Shown here piece after piece: positions 9,457-18,300 of a stretch of 64,000 nt of DNA. The notes under the pieces were generated by a model. That model was not told where the DNA came from, ran no database searches, and saw nothing but the letters and a program-made list of their open reading frames with translations. Both the position numbers and the translations under genes were made by a program. The stretch's first letter is position 1. Each line of letters begins with the position of its first letter. The DNA comes from a virus. Location of the stretch: the IMG/VR virus record IMGVR_UViG_3300047562_003246, positions 64,001 through 128,000 of that record; one strand, 5' to 3'.

Positions 9457-9948
9457 ATGCGAAGTATCTCAAGTCTCGGGTTGGCCTGCGTGGCCATGAT
9501 CGCAGTGTTTGTTTGCGCGCTTACAGCAAATGTTGCACACGCCGGTAATGGATCAGTTGTCGCAGACGTTCAGCTTCAGCCTTGTGTTGGTCCTAACTGC
9601 AATGCAAGTTTGAGTCAAGTTATTCAGCAACAAGCACAATTACAAAACGCTCAGCATCATTTTGTTTCGCATGGCGGCTTTGGCGCTGCAAACGTTGTTA
9701 AGCGACAAGTGGTTGTACAAGCTGTGCCTGTTCAGCAGCACGTTGTGCGTCAGCAATTTGTTGCGCCTCAGCGCGTTATCGTTCAGAATGTGCCTGTACA
9801 TCGCCAGCAAGTAATTGTGCAAAATGTACCGGTACATCAGCAGCGAGTATTAGTACAGTCGCACGGCTTCGGCGTTCAAGCCAACAATGTTCGTGTTCGC
9901 AGCGTTGAACGTGTTCGTGTTTCGAGGTTCCCTCGATTGTTCAGGTAA
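9457..9948 (+). CDS. Exported low-complexity Q/V/H-rich repeat protein
   Basis: AAGGAG SD at 9445-9450; signal peptide ending AHA; repeats such as VIVQNVPVH x2. Confidence 0.7.
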   Translation: MRSISSLGLACVAMIAVFVCALTANVAHAGNGSVVADVQLQPCVGPNCNASLSQVIQQQAQLQNAQHHFVSHGGFGAANVVKRQVVVQAVPVQQHVVRQQFVAPQRVIVQNVPVHRQQVIVQNVPVHQQRVLVQSHGFGVQANNVRVRSVERVRVSRFPRLFR

Positions 9949-9983
9949 GCTACCATCGCTTGACTGAAGCACTCTCTCTTATT

Positions 9984-10023
9984 AAAAAGGCTGGCTTGTT
10001 AATTCAAGTCAGCCTTTTTTTTT
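9984..10023. terminator. Bidirectional intrinsic terminator
   Basis: aaaaaggctggcttg-ttaatt-caagtcagcctttttttt, with A and T tracts on the two sides. Confidence 0.85.
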
Positions 10024-10037
10024 GTAGGATCCTGCGC
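10024..10037 (-). repeat. Dispersed 14-mer, exact copy (reverse), between terminator and ATG 10038
   Basis: gtaggatcctgcgc read directly; its AGGA lies 8 nt before ATG 10038. Confidence 0.95.
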
Positions 10038-10310
10038 ATGCCAGCGATCAAGTTGGACGACCATCAGGTTATGCTGTTAAATCGACAATTAAACGCAGTA
10101 CAAATGGAGCAGCAAGCTTTCAACGTACTGGTTGCTTCTTTCCTGTCGTTGGGTGGAATCCACAATCAAAACTTAGAAGATATAAGTTATGACCAAGAAA
10201 ACAGGTGTATCAGCTACCACGTCTCAGGCACTTACAAAGAAAACCAGGAGACCCAAGATCAGCAACAAGGCCAAGAAGATCAAGGCCGAAGAAATCAAAG
10301 CGACCGCTAA
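10038..10310 (+). CDS. Small hypothetical protein
   Basis: ORF track 9960..10310 runs through the terminator, so ATG 10038 is the plausible start. Confidence 0.5.
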   Translation: MPAIKLDDHQVMLLNRQLNAVQMEQQAFNVLVASFLSLGGIHNQNLEDISYDQENRCISYHVSGTYKENQETQDQQQGQEDQGRRNQSDR

Positions 10311-11433
10311 AACGAAATCAAAGAAGGTTCGTAAAACTAATTTCGATAAGTCAGAGACAGTCGAGCAATCAGAACGAGTTTATGTGCCTCTGTTACCGAA
10401 AAAGAAAACAGCAAAATATTACTTTGACGCAGCTGAGACCAATTCACCGGATTGGCGAAACAGGCAGATCGAATCGATTTTGAATTTGACGCCGGATAAG
10501 TATTCGCTGGCGAACTATTTGCCCAAAGATGTTGCCAAGGCTTTTTATTTTCGAGAAGCCTGTAATCGTATTCGAGTCGATTGCGAAGATCACCGACAAG
10601 CAGAAATGATTTGTTGTAATCTTAATCCTGAGCTGTATTCTGCTTATAGGATTTATGAGCAACCAAGCGACATGCGTAGAGTAATGCTCGAAGCAAGGAT
10701 ACTCTCCGGACAGTCTGTCAGCGAGATAGCAAGACTAAGTGCGATGGATGACGAAGTCGTTGAGACTTATATGTCATTGTTTTTCGATGTGCAGAGTCGA
10801 CTGGAAGCTAAAGACTGGATTTGCAGCGAAGTACTCGGAAGAGTTTTTCAGTCCGGAGATACGCATTGGCATTATGCGATGACAGCAAAGTACTTTGCTT
10901 ATTTTGGTGGGCCGCAAATTTTAGAGTCAGTGATGTATGGTGCCAACCCGCTCCAATCACGCTGCAGCGGCGGTGACAGTATTTCTGGTTGGATCGACGG
11001 CGCTACGAGATTCAGAATTCGTGTTCAGTCTCTTGTGGCTGCCACGACTTACCAGCCTAATAGATTCGATGTGACAGATTTGCTTGGCGGTTATATGAGT
11101 TTGGTAGCGCTGGAAAACCGCGAGAAAGCTCTTGACGGTGAAGATAACGTGCTCACGAAAATCCTAGAAGCTGTGAAAATACAGAATCCTGTTTTGCTTG
11201 GTGATAAGGCTAACCCGGTAAAATATGGCCAAGACGTGATTCACCCATCTGTGGTACCAAGACCTGTAGAAAGAATGTTGTTGGCGCATGGCGAGGTACC
11301 TGAAACACTCAGCAGGTATACTGACAGTGAATATTCGTCAGAATTGACGCTGCGTTATGCACGAAAAGCAAGCGGTACAAAACAATTACCACCTGCTGAA
11401 GAAGTCAATCCAGCACCCGAACAGCCGCAGTAG
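10189..11433 (+). CDS. Hypothetical phage protein with Lys-rich N terminus
   Basis: 414 aa ORF; basic N-terminal tail; LEARILSG..EIA..YMSLFFDV segment is HTH-like. Start uncertain because it overlaps the previous ORF by 122 nt. Confidence 0.5.
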   Translation: MTKKTGVSATTSQALTKKTRRPKISNKAKKIKAEEIKATAKTKSKKVRKTNFDKSETVEQSERVYVPLLPKKKTAKYYFDAAETNSPDWRNRQIESILNLTPDKYSLANYLPKDVAKAFYFREACNRIRVDCEDHRQAEMICCNLNPELYSAYRIYEQPSDMRRVMLEARILSGQSVSEIARLSAMDDEVVETYMSLFFDVQSRLEAKDWICSEVLGRVFQSGDTHWHYAMTAKYFAYFGGPQILESVMYGANPLQSRCSGGDSISGWIDGATRFRIRVQSLVAATTYQPNRFDVTDLLGGYMSLVALENREKALDGEDNVLTKILEAVKIQNPVLLGDKANPVKYGQDVIHPSVVPRPVERMLLAHGEVPETLSRYTDSEYSSELTLRYARKASGTKQLPPAEEVNPAPEQPQ

Positions 11434-11444
11434 CGCATTAAAAA

Positions 11445-12842
11445 ATGAATTCAGCTGTAAACCAATTAAGTGATGCCACCAAGCGACGGATCGTATCAGC
11501 AATTACGAGCATGACGGATCATTACAAACAAGGCAGTTCACCTAATGAGGCACTTGAAAAAGTAGCAGCCGAATTCGGATTGTTACCTTATCAGCTTCGT
11601 ATTGTCGGTCGAGGTTTTAACTCGGGACAAACGCAGACGGAGCTGTCTCGTGGTCAAACCATTGCAGAGAAGACTGCTGGTGCGTACCCGCTTGCCGATA
11701 TCGAGGGGACGATTAAAAAGATCTACACGGATAGTCCTGTCGCCAAAGCTGCACAGAAATATGTGGATGACGAAGTGTCTCCAGTTTATGCGCAGGATCC
11801 TACAGTTTTGCAATCGAAAGCAGCCAGTGTTGTCTCTTCTCCGAGAAACGCCGAGCCCGTCGACGATGCACCAAGTCGTCCTCCTGTTTGGGTAGCTCCG
11901 CATCTTTATGATGCAGCTGAAAAGACTTCAACAATATTTCAGTTGCGAGACACCATCATCGCAGCTGACAGAGAAGCGGCGGAAGCTGATACAGAAGCTA
12001 GAGTCCAAGAAGCTAGTTTCAAAGAAGCTGTCGCTAAGTACGCTCATGATGTAGACGTACTGCGTGATTTGTTGTTTGACGCTGAAAGGTTCTATGGACA
12101 AGAAGGTACTGAGCTATTTAAACAAGCCCTCGGTAGTTTTGCAGATTCAAGATATTCAAAGCAGATCAAACAGGTTACTGAACTGGGACCTAGTACGCTA
12201 CGAAAAATCGCATCGTCTGATAAGCATCCGGTTATTCAGAAATTGGCTGGCTGTATGGGCTCTAAGAAGAAGAGCAAAAAGAAGTATCTCAAGAAAGTTG
12301 CTCAGCGGATGATCGTAGCTAAGTTGCAGAGAATGATTCTTGGCAAAGAAAAAGTCGCAAGGTGCTATGGCGTAGAGGTAGGTAGCTACGGTCAGCAAGT
12401 TGAATCACATCTCAATAAGTTCGCAACCAACGTGAAGTCCATGCTGGCCGGAATCGCCGCTCATCGAGCTTCCAGTGGGATTGACCCAAATACATCAAAG
12501 TTTCGTGAGGCAGAACTGCAGATCGAAGATCCTGAGCATGAGCAAGCTCTTAGACAAATTCGGTTGCAAGCAACTTTGCAATCCTTACTGAACTACGATC
12601 CGATCGTGCAGTCCTATGATCCTGAAGAAGTGATCGTTGCTTTTAACGAACTCAGTCAAGCTGCCCCGGCCACGCTGGATAATCCTGTAATGCTTCGAGC
12701 AAATCTTCGAAGATTACTTCAAGGAGATATTGCCACGCACGAAGCCAACCAATTGCAATCTGCTGACATCGAACCACGCAAGCTTATTTCTCCGTTAGCC
12801 GCTCAGGTATCCCAAAGCGTTAAGCCAAGTAAAACTGTCTAA
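11445..12842 (+). CDS. KxA-motif-rich helical protein, probable internal head protein
   Basis: About 12 K-x-A sites (EKVAA, EKTAG, SKAAS, RKIAS, QKLAG, KKVAQ, NKFAT and others); position in head module. Confidence 0.5.
   Translation: MNSAVNQLSDATKRRIVSAITSMTDHYKQGSSPNEALEKVAAEFGLLPYQLRIVGRGFNSGQTQTELSRGQTIAEKTAGAYPLADIEGTIKKIYTDSPVAKAAQKYVDDEVSPVYAQDPTVLQSKAASVVSSPRNAEPVDDAPSRPPVWVAPHLYDAAEKTSTIFQLRDTIIAADREAAEADTEARVQEASFKEAVAKYAHDVDVLRDLLFDAERFYGQEGTELFKQALGSFADSRYSKQIKQVTELGPSTLRKIASSDKHPVIQKLAGCMGSKKKSKKKYLKKVAQRMIVAKLQRMILGKEKVARCYGVEVGSYGQQVESHLNKFATNVKSMLAGIAAHRASSGIDPNTSKFREAELQIEDPEHEQALRQIRLQATLQSLLNYDPIVQSYDPEEVIVAFNELSQAAPATLDNPVMLRANLRRLLQGDIATHEANQLQSADIEPRKLISPLAAQVSQSVKPSKTV
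11790..11803 (+). repeat. Dispersed 14-mer, exact copy
   Basis: Read directly; in-frame AQDPT. Confidence 0.95.
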
Positions 12843-12844
12843 TT

Positions 12845-14071
12845 ATGAGCAATAGCAATACAGTTAAGTTAGTTGCCAAGTACTATCGGGCTCAAGAAAA
12901 GCGAGCCGGTATGGAACTGTACCAGTTTGTGAAATTTGCTGGTGATAAATTTCAAAAACAACTGGCAACAAATCTTGAGAAAAATGCTTCAAGTAGTCGA
13001 TCTTTCGAGTACCTGCAAAGCGTGCTGCAACAAGCAAAACGAAACATCGAAAAAGCCGCTTTTGATATTCCAGAAGGAATACAGAAGATTAAAGACATTT
13101 CTCAGAATCCAGCTTATGCGGCTTTATTGGGTGGCGGTGCTGGCGGTTTGCTCGGCGCTGGTATCGGCATGGCTACAGGAAATAACACGCTTAGTAAAGC
13201 ACTGCAAGGAGGTATTGCTGGTGCAACGCTGGGCGGTGGTGCATCACTTATTGGTAATTCTTTGTCCGGTAGAGGCGACGGCTATCAAGATGGTATTAAC
13301 CAACTTAATAGCGCTATTTCTGACGCTCAAGAGGCTAACCAAGATACGAACTGGACAGCAAGACTGATGGGTCTAGCTGGTACATCTAAAGCCATGAACA
13401 TGGCTGATAATTTTATGGCTAGAAACGTTCCATCGCAAACGTTTCTAGCTCAGAACATGAATACGACTAGAGATCGAATGGATCTAATCAATCGTCTCGA
13501 AAGCTGGCTTCAAGATGGATCTAGCTCACGTATCGGTGACGAACCTGTAAGAGACTTCGTTGATCTGCTACAGAGAACAGATAAACCTGATGAGATCAAT
13601 AGATTGTTTCGAGACCTATCTAGCGTTGTAAATCAACCGAAGGGTGTTTCGTTAGCTAATCAGCTTTTGCAAAACGCAGGTTTAAGTGAGTCAAGTGCTA
13701 ACATCGATGCGATCATGCGGGCCATGCAAGAATCTCGCGCAGACGGTTTCCAGATCTTACCAGCTAACTTGGTTGACAGGTTGCAAAATCTTACAAACTG
13801 GACATCATCTGCTTTAGGCAAAGGTAACATTTTGCCGCAAGGAAGACTAACTGGAGCAGTTCGAGGTTCGAAAGGTTTAGTCAGCTGGGATGCCTTGAGA
13901 AATGCCAATTCAGCACTGAGCAACCCGTTCTTACGTGGCCGTAGCGGGTTGTACGGTGCTGGTTTGGGTCTTGGCTTATTTGGTCTAGGCGAGCTTATGA
14001 TGGGTAATAATGAGAAGGTCGATACTTCTTTTGACCCAGAAATTTTGGAACGCATTCGATCAAAGTTATGA
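12845..14071 (+). CDS. Glycine-zipper protein with N-terminal KxA motifs, possible ejected membrane-inserting protein
   Basis: EKRAG, VKFAG, EKNAS and EKAAF precede LLGGGAGGLLGAGIGMATG and GGIAGATLGGGASLIG; second zipper GLYGAGLGLGLFGLG near the C terminus. Confidence 0.5.
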   Translation: MSNSNTVKLVAKYYRAQEKRAGMELYQFVKFAGDKFQKQLATNLEKNASSSRSFEYLQSVLQQAKRNIEKAAFDIPEGIQKIKDISQNPAYAALLGGGAGGLLGAGIGMATGNNTLSKALQGGIAGATLGGGASLIGNSLSGRGDGYQDGINQLNSAISDAQEANQDTNWTARLMGLAGTSKAMNMADNFMARNVPSQTFLAQNMNTTRDRMDLINRLESWLQDGSSSRIGDEPVRDFVDLLQRTDKPDEINRLFRDLSSVVNQPKGVSLANQLLQNAGLSESSANIDAIMRAMQESRADGFQILPANLVDRLQNLTNWTSSALGKGNILPQGRLTGAVRGSKGLVSWDALRNANSALSNPFLRGRSGLYGAGLGLGLFGLGELMMGNNEKVDTSFDPEILERIRSKL

Positions 14072-15570
14072 GCCAATTAATTAAAATCGCTTCACTTTCT
14101 GACTGGGGACTTGGCGACGAGGGAGCTGTCCTAGCCAAGTATTCCAGCTTTGGTCTTAAAAACGGCGACTACAAGCGTATGCAGAAAGTTGCCGGTGAAA
14201 AGTTTGCAGACGCTGCCAGAAACCTTGTCATCGAAGCAGGATTAGAGCCTGTTTATCAGGCAGCGCTGGCTTCTACAGAGTCCCACGGTTACAACCGAAA
14301 TGGCGACGGCTATAGTGCTGCAATGCTGGATAAGTGCGCCAGTACTTTTGTGGATTACGGCAGACTGTATCGCGGACACAATGCCAAAGATCCAAATAAA
14401 AGCTATGGCATCATCAAGCTAGCTCAGTACGATCCACGCATGGGCGTTGTGCACGTTATCGGTGGATTGTTTAAAGACGCCGAAACAGCTAAACGATTTG
14501 GTGGAGGCAATGCAGCGGATAAAGAGCTTGAGCTTCTTGCTAAAAAAGGCAGCTACCCGGTTTCGCAAGGCAGCTCGATCATCGGCGGCGACAAATGCGT
14601 TATCTGCGGCAAGGTGAGTACCAGTAAAAAAGATTACTGCCTACCAAAGACTGCCGGTGGAGTTTGTGATCTGTTCGGTTGTCGTGGTGGTCTTGGTAAA
14701 ATTGCTGATGACGGAAGGCACCAAGCCCTTGATAACCCTAACGGGATATTTCATGACTTATCCAATGTCGACTTCCCGGCAGATCGACAAGCGGCTGCTT
14801 ATCGTATATCACCTGATGAATTTGATAAGCAAGCGAGTTTACACAGATCGCTCGACAAGCAAGCCGGAACTGTCGATCTTGCATCAATGCAAAAACTCGC
14901 GGCAGTTATCCAAGAGACAAGTCAAACAATCCAGTACTTGCCGTCACAAGCAAAAACATATGCTGACGCGGCGATCAAGCTTGCACAGGTCGAAGGACAG
15001 ATTCGACATGAACTAGCCGGTAAGCGAGAAGATGTTCTTGCTTCGTACGCCGGTCTCAAGCAGACAGATGACGTGACGTTACTGGCCAAACATGCTGCGT
15101 CTGATATTGACAGTTATGTAGCTACCGCAGCAAGAATGTCAGCCAACATGGGTGTTTGCGTTTGTCCAATGGCATTCTTCAAGGCGGCTGGACTGTGTGA
15201 TGCGGATATCGCAGCAGCTACAAGTCGAGCCGCAACCTTGTACACAGATCTTGTATCTGATCCAGCAAGAATGCAGTCTGTATGTCAAAAGGCAGCGCAA
15301 GATAGTGTTTATTTGCCTTTGTCCGCTACGGATTACACAGCTCCAACTGAGCTGCCTTTGAATAGTCATGACGTTCGGCGCAGGAGCCTACAAAAAGTAG
15401 CCGAAGGCGAGACTGTTTCTCCGATAATTTTCAGTTCGCCTAGTTTATCGGTAGCTGCGTCAAAGGCACTAGATAAGTACGCTACCTATTCTTTGAGAAC
15501 TTTGGCTACACTTGTTGTATCCAATCCGCAAGTTGCGACTTTTGCGATAGCACAGTCCAACGTATATTGA
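14068..15570 (+). CDS. Prohead (capsid maturation) protease, HK97/herpes-type fold with Cys-rich insertion
   Basis: NRNGD, LYRGHN (His), PVSQG (Ser), CVIC...C...C insert and FHDLSNVDFPAD (like the E-x-S-x-V-x-x-PA motif); lies upstream of scaffold and capsid genes. Confidence 0.75.
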   Translation: MSQLIKIASLSDWGLGDEGAVLAKYSSFGLKNGDYKRMQKVAGEKFADAARNLVIEAGLEPVYQAALASTESHGYNRNGDGYSAAMLDKCASTFVDYGRLYRGHNAKDPNKSYGIIKLAQYDPRMGVVHVIGGLFKDAETAKRFGGGNAADKELELLAKKGSYPVSQGSSIIGGDKCVICGKVSTSKKDYCLPKTAGGVCDLFGCRGGLGKIADDGRHQALDNPNGIFHDLSNVDFPADRQAAAYRISPDEFDKQASLHRSLDKQAGTVDLASMQKLAAVIQETSQTIQYLPSQAKTYADAAIKLAQVEGQIRHELAGKREDVLASYAGLKQTDDVTLLAKHAASDIDSYVATAARMSANMGVCVCPMAFFKAAGLCDADIAAATSRAATLYTDLVSDPARMQSVCQKAAQDSVYLPLSATDYTAPTELPLNSHDVRRRSLQKVAEGETVSPIIFSSPSLSVAASKALDKYATYSLRTLATLVVSNPQVATFAIAQSNVY

Positions 15571-15603
15571 TTTTTGTCACAACCTCTTCACTAGAGAGTA
15601 AAT

Positions 15604-16905
15604 ATGTCTACTACACAGCAGAAACGAAGTAACATCCAGACTTTGCTTGCCGAGATGAACAAAGCAGCTGGTGTGGATGCGATCAATCCGCCAACAAGTC
15701 ACGAAAGTGGTGGTACGCCTGACGATTTGACAACCGTGACTACCGGCGAATATTTTGCCGAACAGTCTGCTGCCGATAAAGATCGTCCTGGTCCGACCGC
15801 TGAAGACAACAAAGTTACCGGTAACACCGGCGAAGAATCAGCAACGGTTCCGACGACAACCAAGCCGACCGGTGAGGATCCCAAGAACGAGCGTGATGTT
15901 ACCGGTGACATCAAGGATCCAAACCAAACTTCGCATCCGGCCAATGGTAATTTTGGCGAGAAGTATTCTTCGGATGATTTCTTGGCTAAGGCTGCCCAAA
16001 CCATTGAGAGTCTTGTGCAATCAACACAAAAGCGAATGACCGAGCTGGCTGTGCAGGGTCAAAACGGCGGACAAAACAAGTCTGCAGGACAACAAGATAC
16101 GCAGCAAACCGCGCAACAGTCGACCGAGCAAGGCAAGCAAGCTGGTGATGCGAATCAATCAGCCCTGTCTTCGGAAGAGCTGGCTAAGAATGCTGAGATC
16201 GTTGAAAGCATCCGTCAGCAAACTGGCAATGATGCTTTGGCTGAGTTTTTCCGTGGTCGCTCTGAACAAGAGATCATGGAAATGCAAAAGGTTGCTCATG
16301 CCCGCGTGATAGAAGCTCGCGAATACGGTGATGTTTTGGCAACGATTCTTGCTGATAGCTACGATCAAATTAAGGTCGCAGCAGCACAACAACAAAAGCA
16401 AGCTAATCAGCAGAAATCCACCTCTTCGCAAGGTTTGAACTTTTTCTCTCAGCTGAAACGAGCCCTGGAAGAAGAAGGCGGCGATTATGAAGAGACCGAC
16501 GATGCAGCTAGCAGCGATGGCTCGGGCGGTGCTGCCGATATGGGCGGTGACAGTGCTGGTGCGATGGTTGACCCTACCGCAGTTATGGGCGGTGGTGGCG
16601 ACATGGGCGGCGGTGACGATGCTGCCATGGCCGCAGCTGCTGGCGAAGACATGGGCATGGGCGGTGGAATCGATCCAGAACTTATGGCGATGCTCGAAGC
16701 CATTGCCAAGCAAGAAGGTATGTCCGTTGAAGAGCTTTTGATGTTGCTTGCAAGTAAGCAAGCCTCAGAAGTTTTGCATAGCAAGAAGGCTTCAACTGAA
16801 AAGCCGATCGACAAGACCAGCGAGCAGTACAAGAAGCTTCATCAAATGTGCAAAACGGCGATTGAAGCAGCAAATGATTTGCTTAATCGCGGTCAACGCA
16901 AGTAA
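15604..16905 (+). CDS. Putative scaffolding protein
   Basis: Acidic, low-complexity, Gly/Met-rich, many KxA sites; classic position between protease and capsid genes. Confidence 0.55.
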   Translation: MSTTQQKRSNIQTLLAEMNKAAGVDAINPPTSHESGGTPDDLTTVTTGEYFAEQSAADKDRPGPTAEDNKVTGNTGEESATVPTTTKPTGEDPKNERDVTGDIKDPNQTSHPANGNFGEKYSSDDFLAKAAQTIESLVQSTQKRMTELAVQGQNGGQNKSAGQQDTQQTAQQSTEQGKQAGDANQSALSSEELAKNAEIVESIRQQTGNDALAEFFRGRSEQEIMEMQKVAHARVIEAREYGDVLATILADSYDQIKVAAAQQQKQANQQKSTSSQGLNFFSQLKRALEEEGGDYEETDDAASSDGSGGAADMGGDSAGAMVDPTAVMGGGGDMGGGDDAAMAAAAGEDMGMGGGIDPELMAMLEAIAKQEGMSVEELLMLLASKQASEVLHSKKASTEKPIDKTSEQYKKLHQMCKTAIEAANDLLNRGQRK

Positions 16906-16926
16906 CCGATCCTTGTGTGGGAGGTT

Positions 16927-16965
16927 AGCCGGTGTTGGAACGAAAGTTCTGGCACCGGCTTTTTT
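16927..16965 (+). terminator. Intrinsic terminator with GAAA tetraloop
   Basis: agccggtgttggaac-gaaa-gttctggcaccggct then TTTTT. Confidence 0.9.
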
Positions 16966-17073
16966 CGTAGAAACTCGGCGATAATGCTACATTATTGGCA
17001 AGCCAAGTAATAATAAAGCATCAGCAGATCTATCTGTTGTCTTGCTAATCAGTCAAACCTAACGAGGTTATAC

Positions 17074-17508
17074 GTGAGTAATACAAACACAGTACAGGTG
17101 CCAAGCGACGTTCAACGGGAGCTTGACGCACATAACACAACGATTGAACTAGCGAAGGTGGCACAAAGTGTTATCTCGCACGTTCATCAAGACAAGAAAG
17201 CTGCCGCAGAGCTTTGCGACAAGCTGATTTCTTTGGGCAAACAAGCTGGATTGATGACCGAGGGAGACATCCCCGCAATCAAAAAAGCGCTGTCAACGCA
17301 AGCCGGAACAGCCAAAATTGCTATGCAAATTTTGGAAGAAGTTGTTGAGCAAGCCAAGCTCAACAAGAGCGCTTCGGCGTCTTCCGGTAATAATAGCGTC
17401 AGAGGCAATGGTTTTGCTGTTGGCAATCCGACGATTAAGAAGACGGCTTCTTACGGCGGATATGACGGTGAAGACGTAATTGGTAGTGAAGCGCGTCGCA
17501 TGCGATAA
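17074..17508 (+). CDS. Small helical KxA-rich protein (scaffold/core component)
   Basis: GTG start with GAGG SD; AKVAQ, KKAAA, GKQAG, NKSAS, KKTAS. Confidence 0.5.
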   Translation: MSNTNTVQVPSDVQRELDAHNTTIELAKVAQSVISHVHQDKKAAAELCDKLISLGKQAGLMTEGDIPAIKKALSTQAGTAKIAMQILEEVVEQAKLNKSASASSGNNSVRGNGFAVGNPTIKKTASYGGYDGEDVIGSEARRMR

Positions 17509-17570
17509 GCTGCTTGTGACTTGTTTTTAGTAAGAAATTTTCCAACTCGACAACGAAGGTCGTTATTCAT

Positions 17571-18182
17571 ATGGATTACACACGCACAATGTACAGTTCG
17601 AAACTCGAAGTCAAGCGAGGTTTCGAAGGTATGGCAGATCATCGATATGACATGCTTATCGATGAAGCCGAAGAGGCACTCTTCCCCAACAAGTACATGC
17701 CCGCAGGTCTTGTATTCAGCCGCGATACCACCGGCAAGAAAGTCAAGATTGGCTGCGTAGGGAATAAGGTTCCTTACTTCTTGTTCAACCCAACCGATCG
17801 TCCGATGGCCGCTATGAGCGGTATCGTACCAAGCAACACCGCCGCAGCATCTGGTGGATTCTTGGGCGCTGGCGATCGCAAGATGCGATTCTACAGTGGT
17901 ATGGGTCACTTTGAAGTTTCAACCACCGAGTACGCCAAGCCAAGTAGCTACAGCTACGCAGTCGATGATCCATTGACTGCACCTGGATTTGCTACCCCTG
18001 CAACGTACGACGTGAATGCTGGTAAAGTCGCCAAGACGACTTACACCGGCACTGCCGTGATTGTCGGCATTGTTTCTCTGCCTTGTACCGAAGCTTCGCC
18101 TTCGACCAACGAGCACAAGACTCCTGCTTTGCACTTTACGACTTGCTACATTCCAAACCGCAAGGTAAACGCAGCGTCGTAA
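17571..18182 (+). CDS. Putative capsid decoration/cement protein
   Basis: 203 aa beta-rich protein directly upstream of the major capsid gene; positional inference. Confidence 0.5.
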   Translation: MDYTRTMYSSKLEVKRGFEGMADHRYDMLIDEAEEALFPNKYMPAGLVFSRDTTGKKVKIGCVGNKVPYFLFNPTDRPMAAMSGIVPSNTAAASGGFLGAGDRKMRFYSGMGHFEVSTTEYAKPSSYSYAVDDPLTAPGFATPATYDVNAGKVAKTTYTGTAVIVGIVSLPCTEASPSTNEHKTPALHFTTCYIPNRKVNAAS

Positions 18183-18201
18183 TCGTTCTGTTTTAGTTTA
18201 A

Positions 18202-18300
18202 AATCGACTGTGAAATATCAGTCGATTATCTGATCCGCGATAAGCGGGTATGAATCGTCAGTTAAAGTGTTCACAACCGCTTATCGCGGAAGGTAATAAT
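18202..18300 (+). promoter_or_regulatory. Structured 5' leader of the major capsid gene
   Basis: Hairpin aatcgactg/cagtcgatt (18202-18227) and 14-bp inverted repeat 18234-18247 / 18277-18290 whose 3' arm overlaps the GGAAGG SD (18288-18293). Confidence 0.6.
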
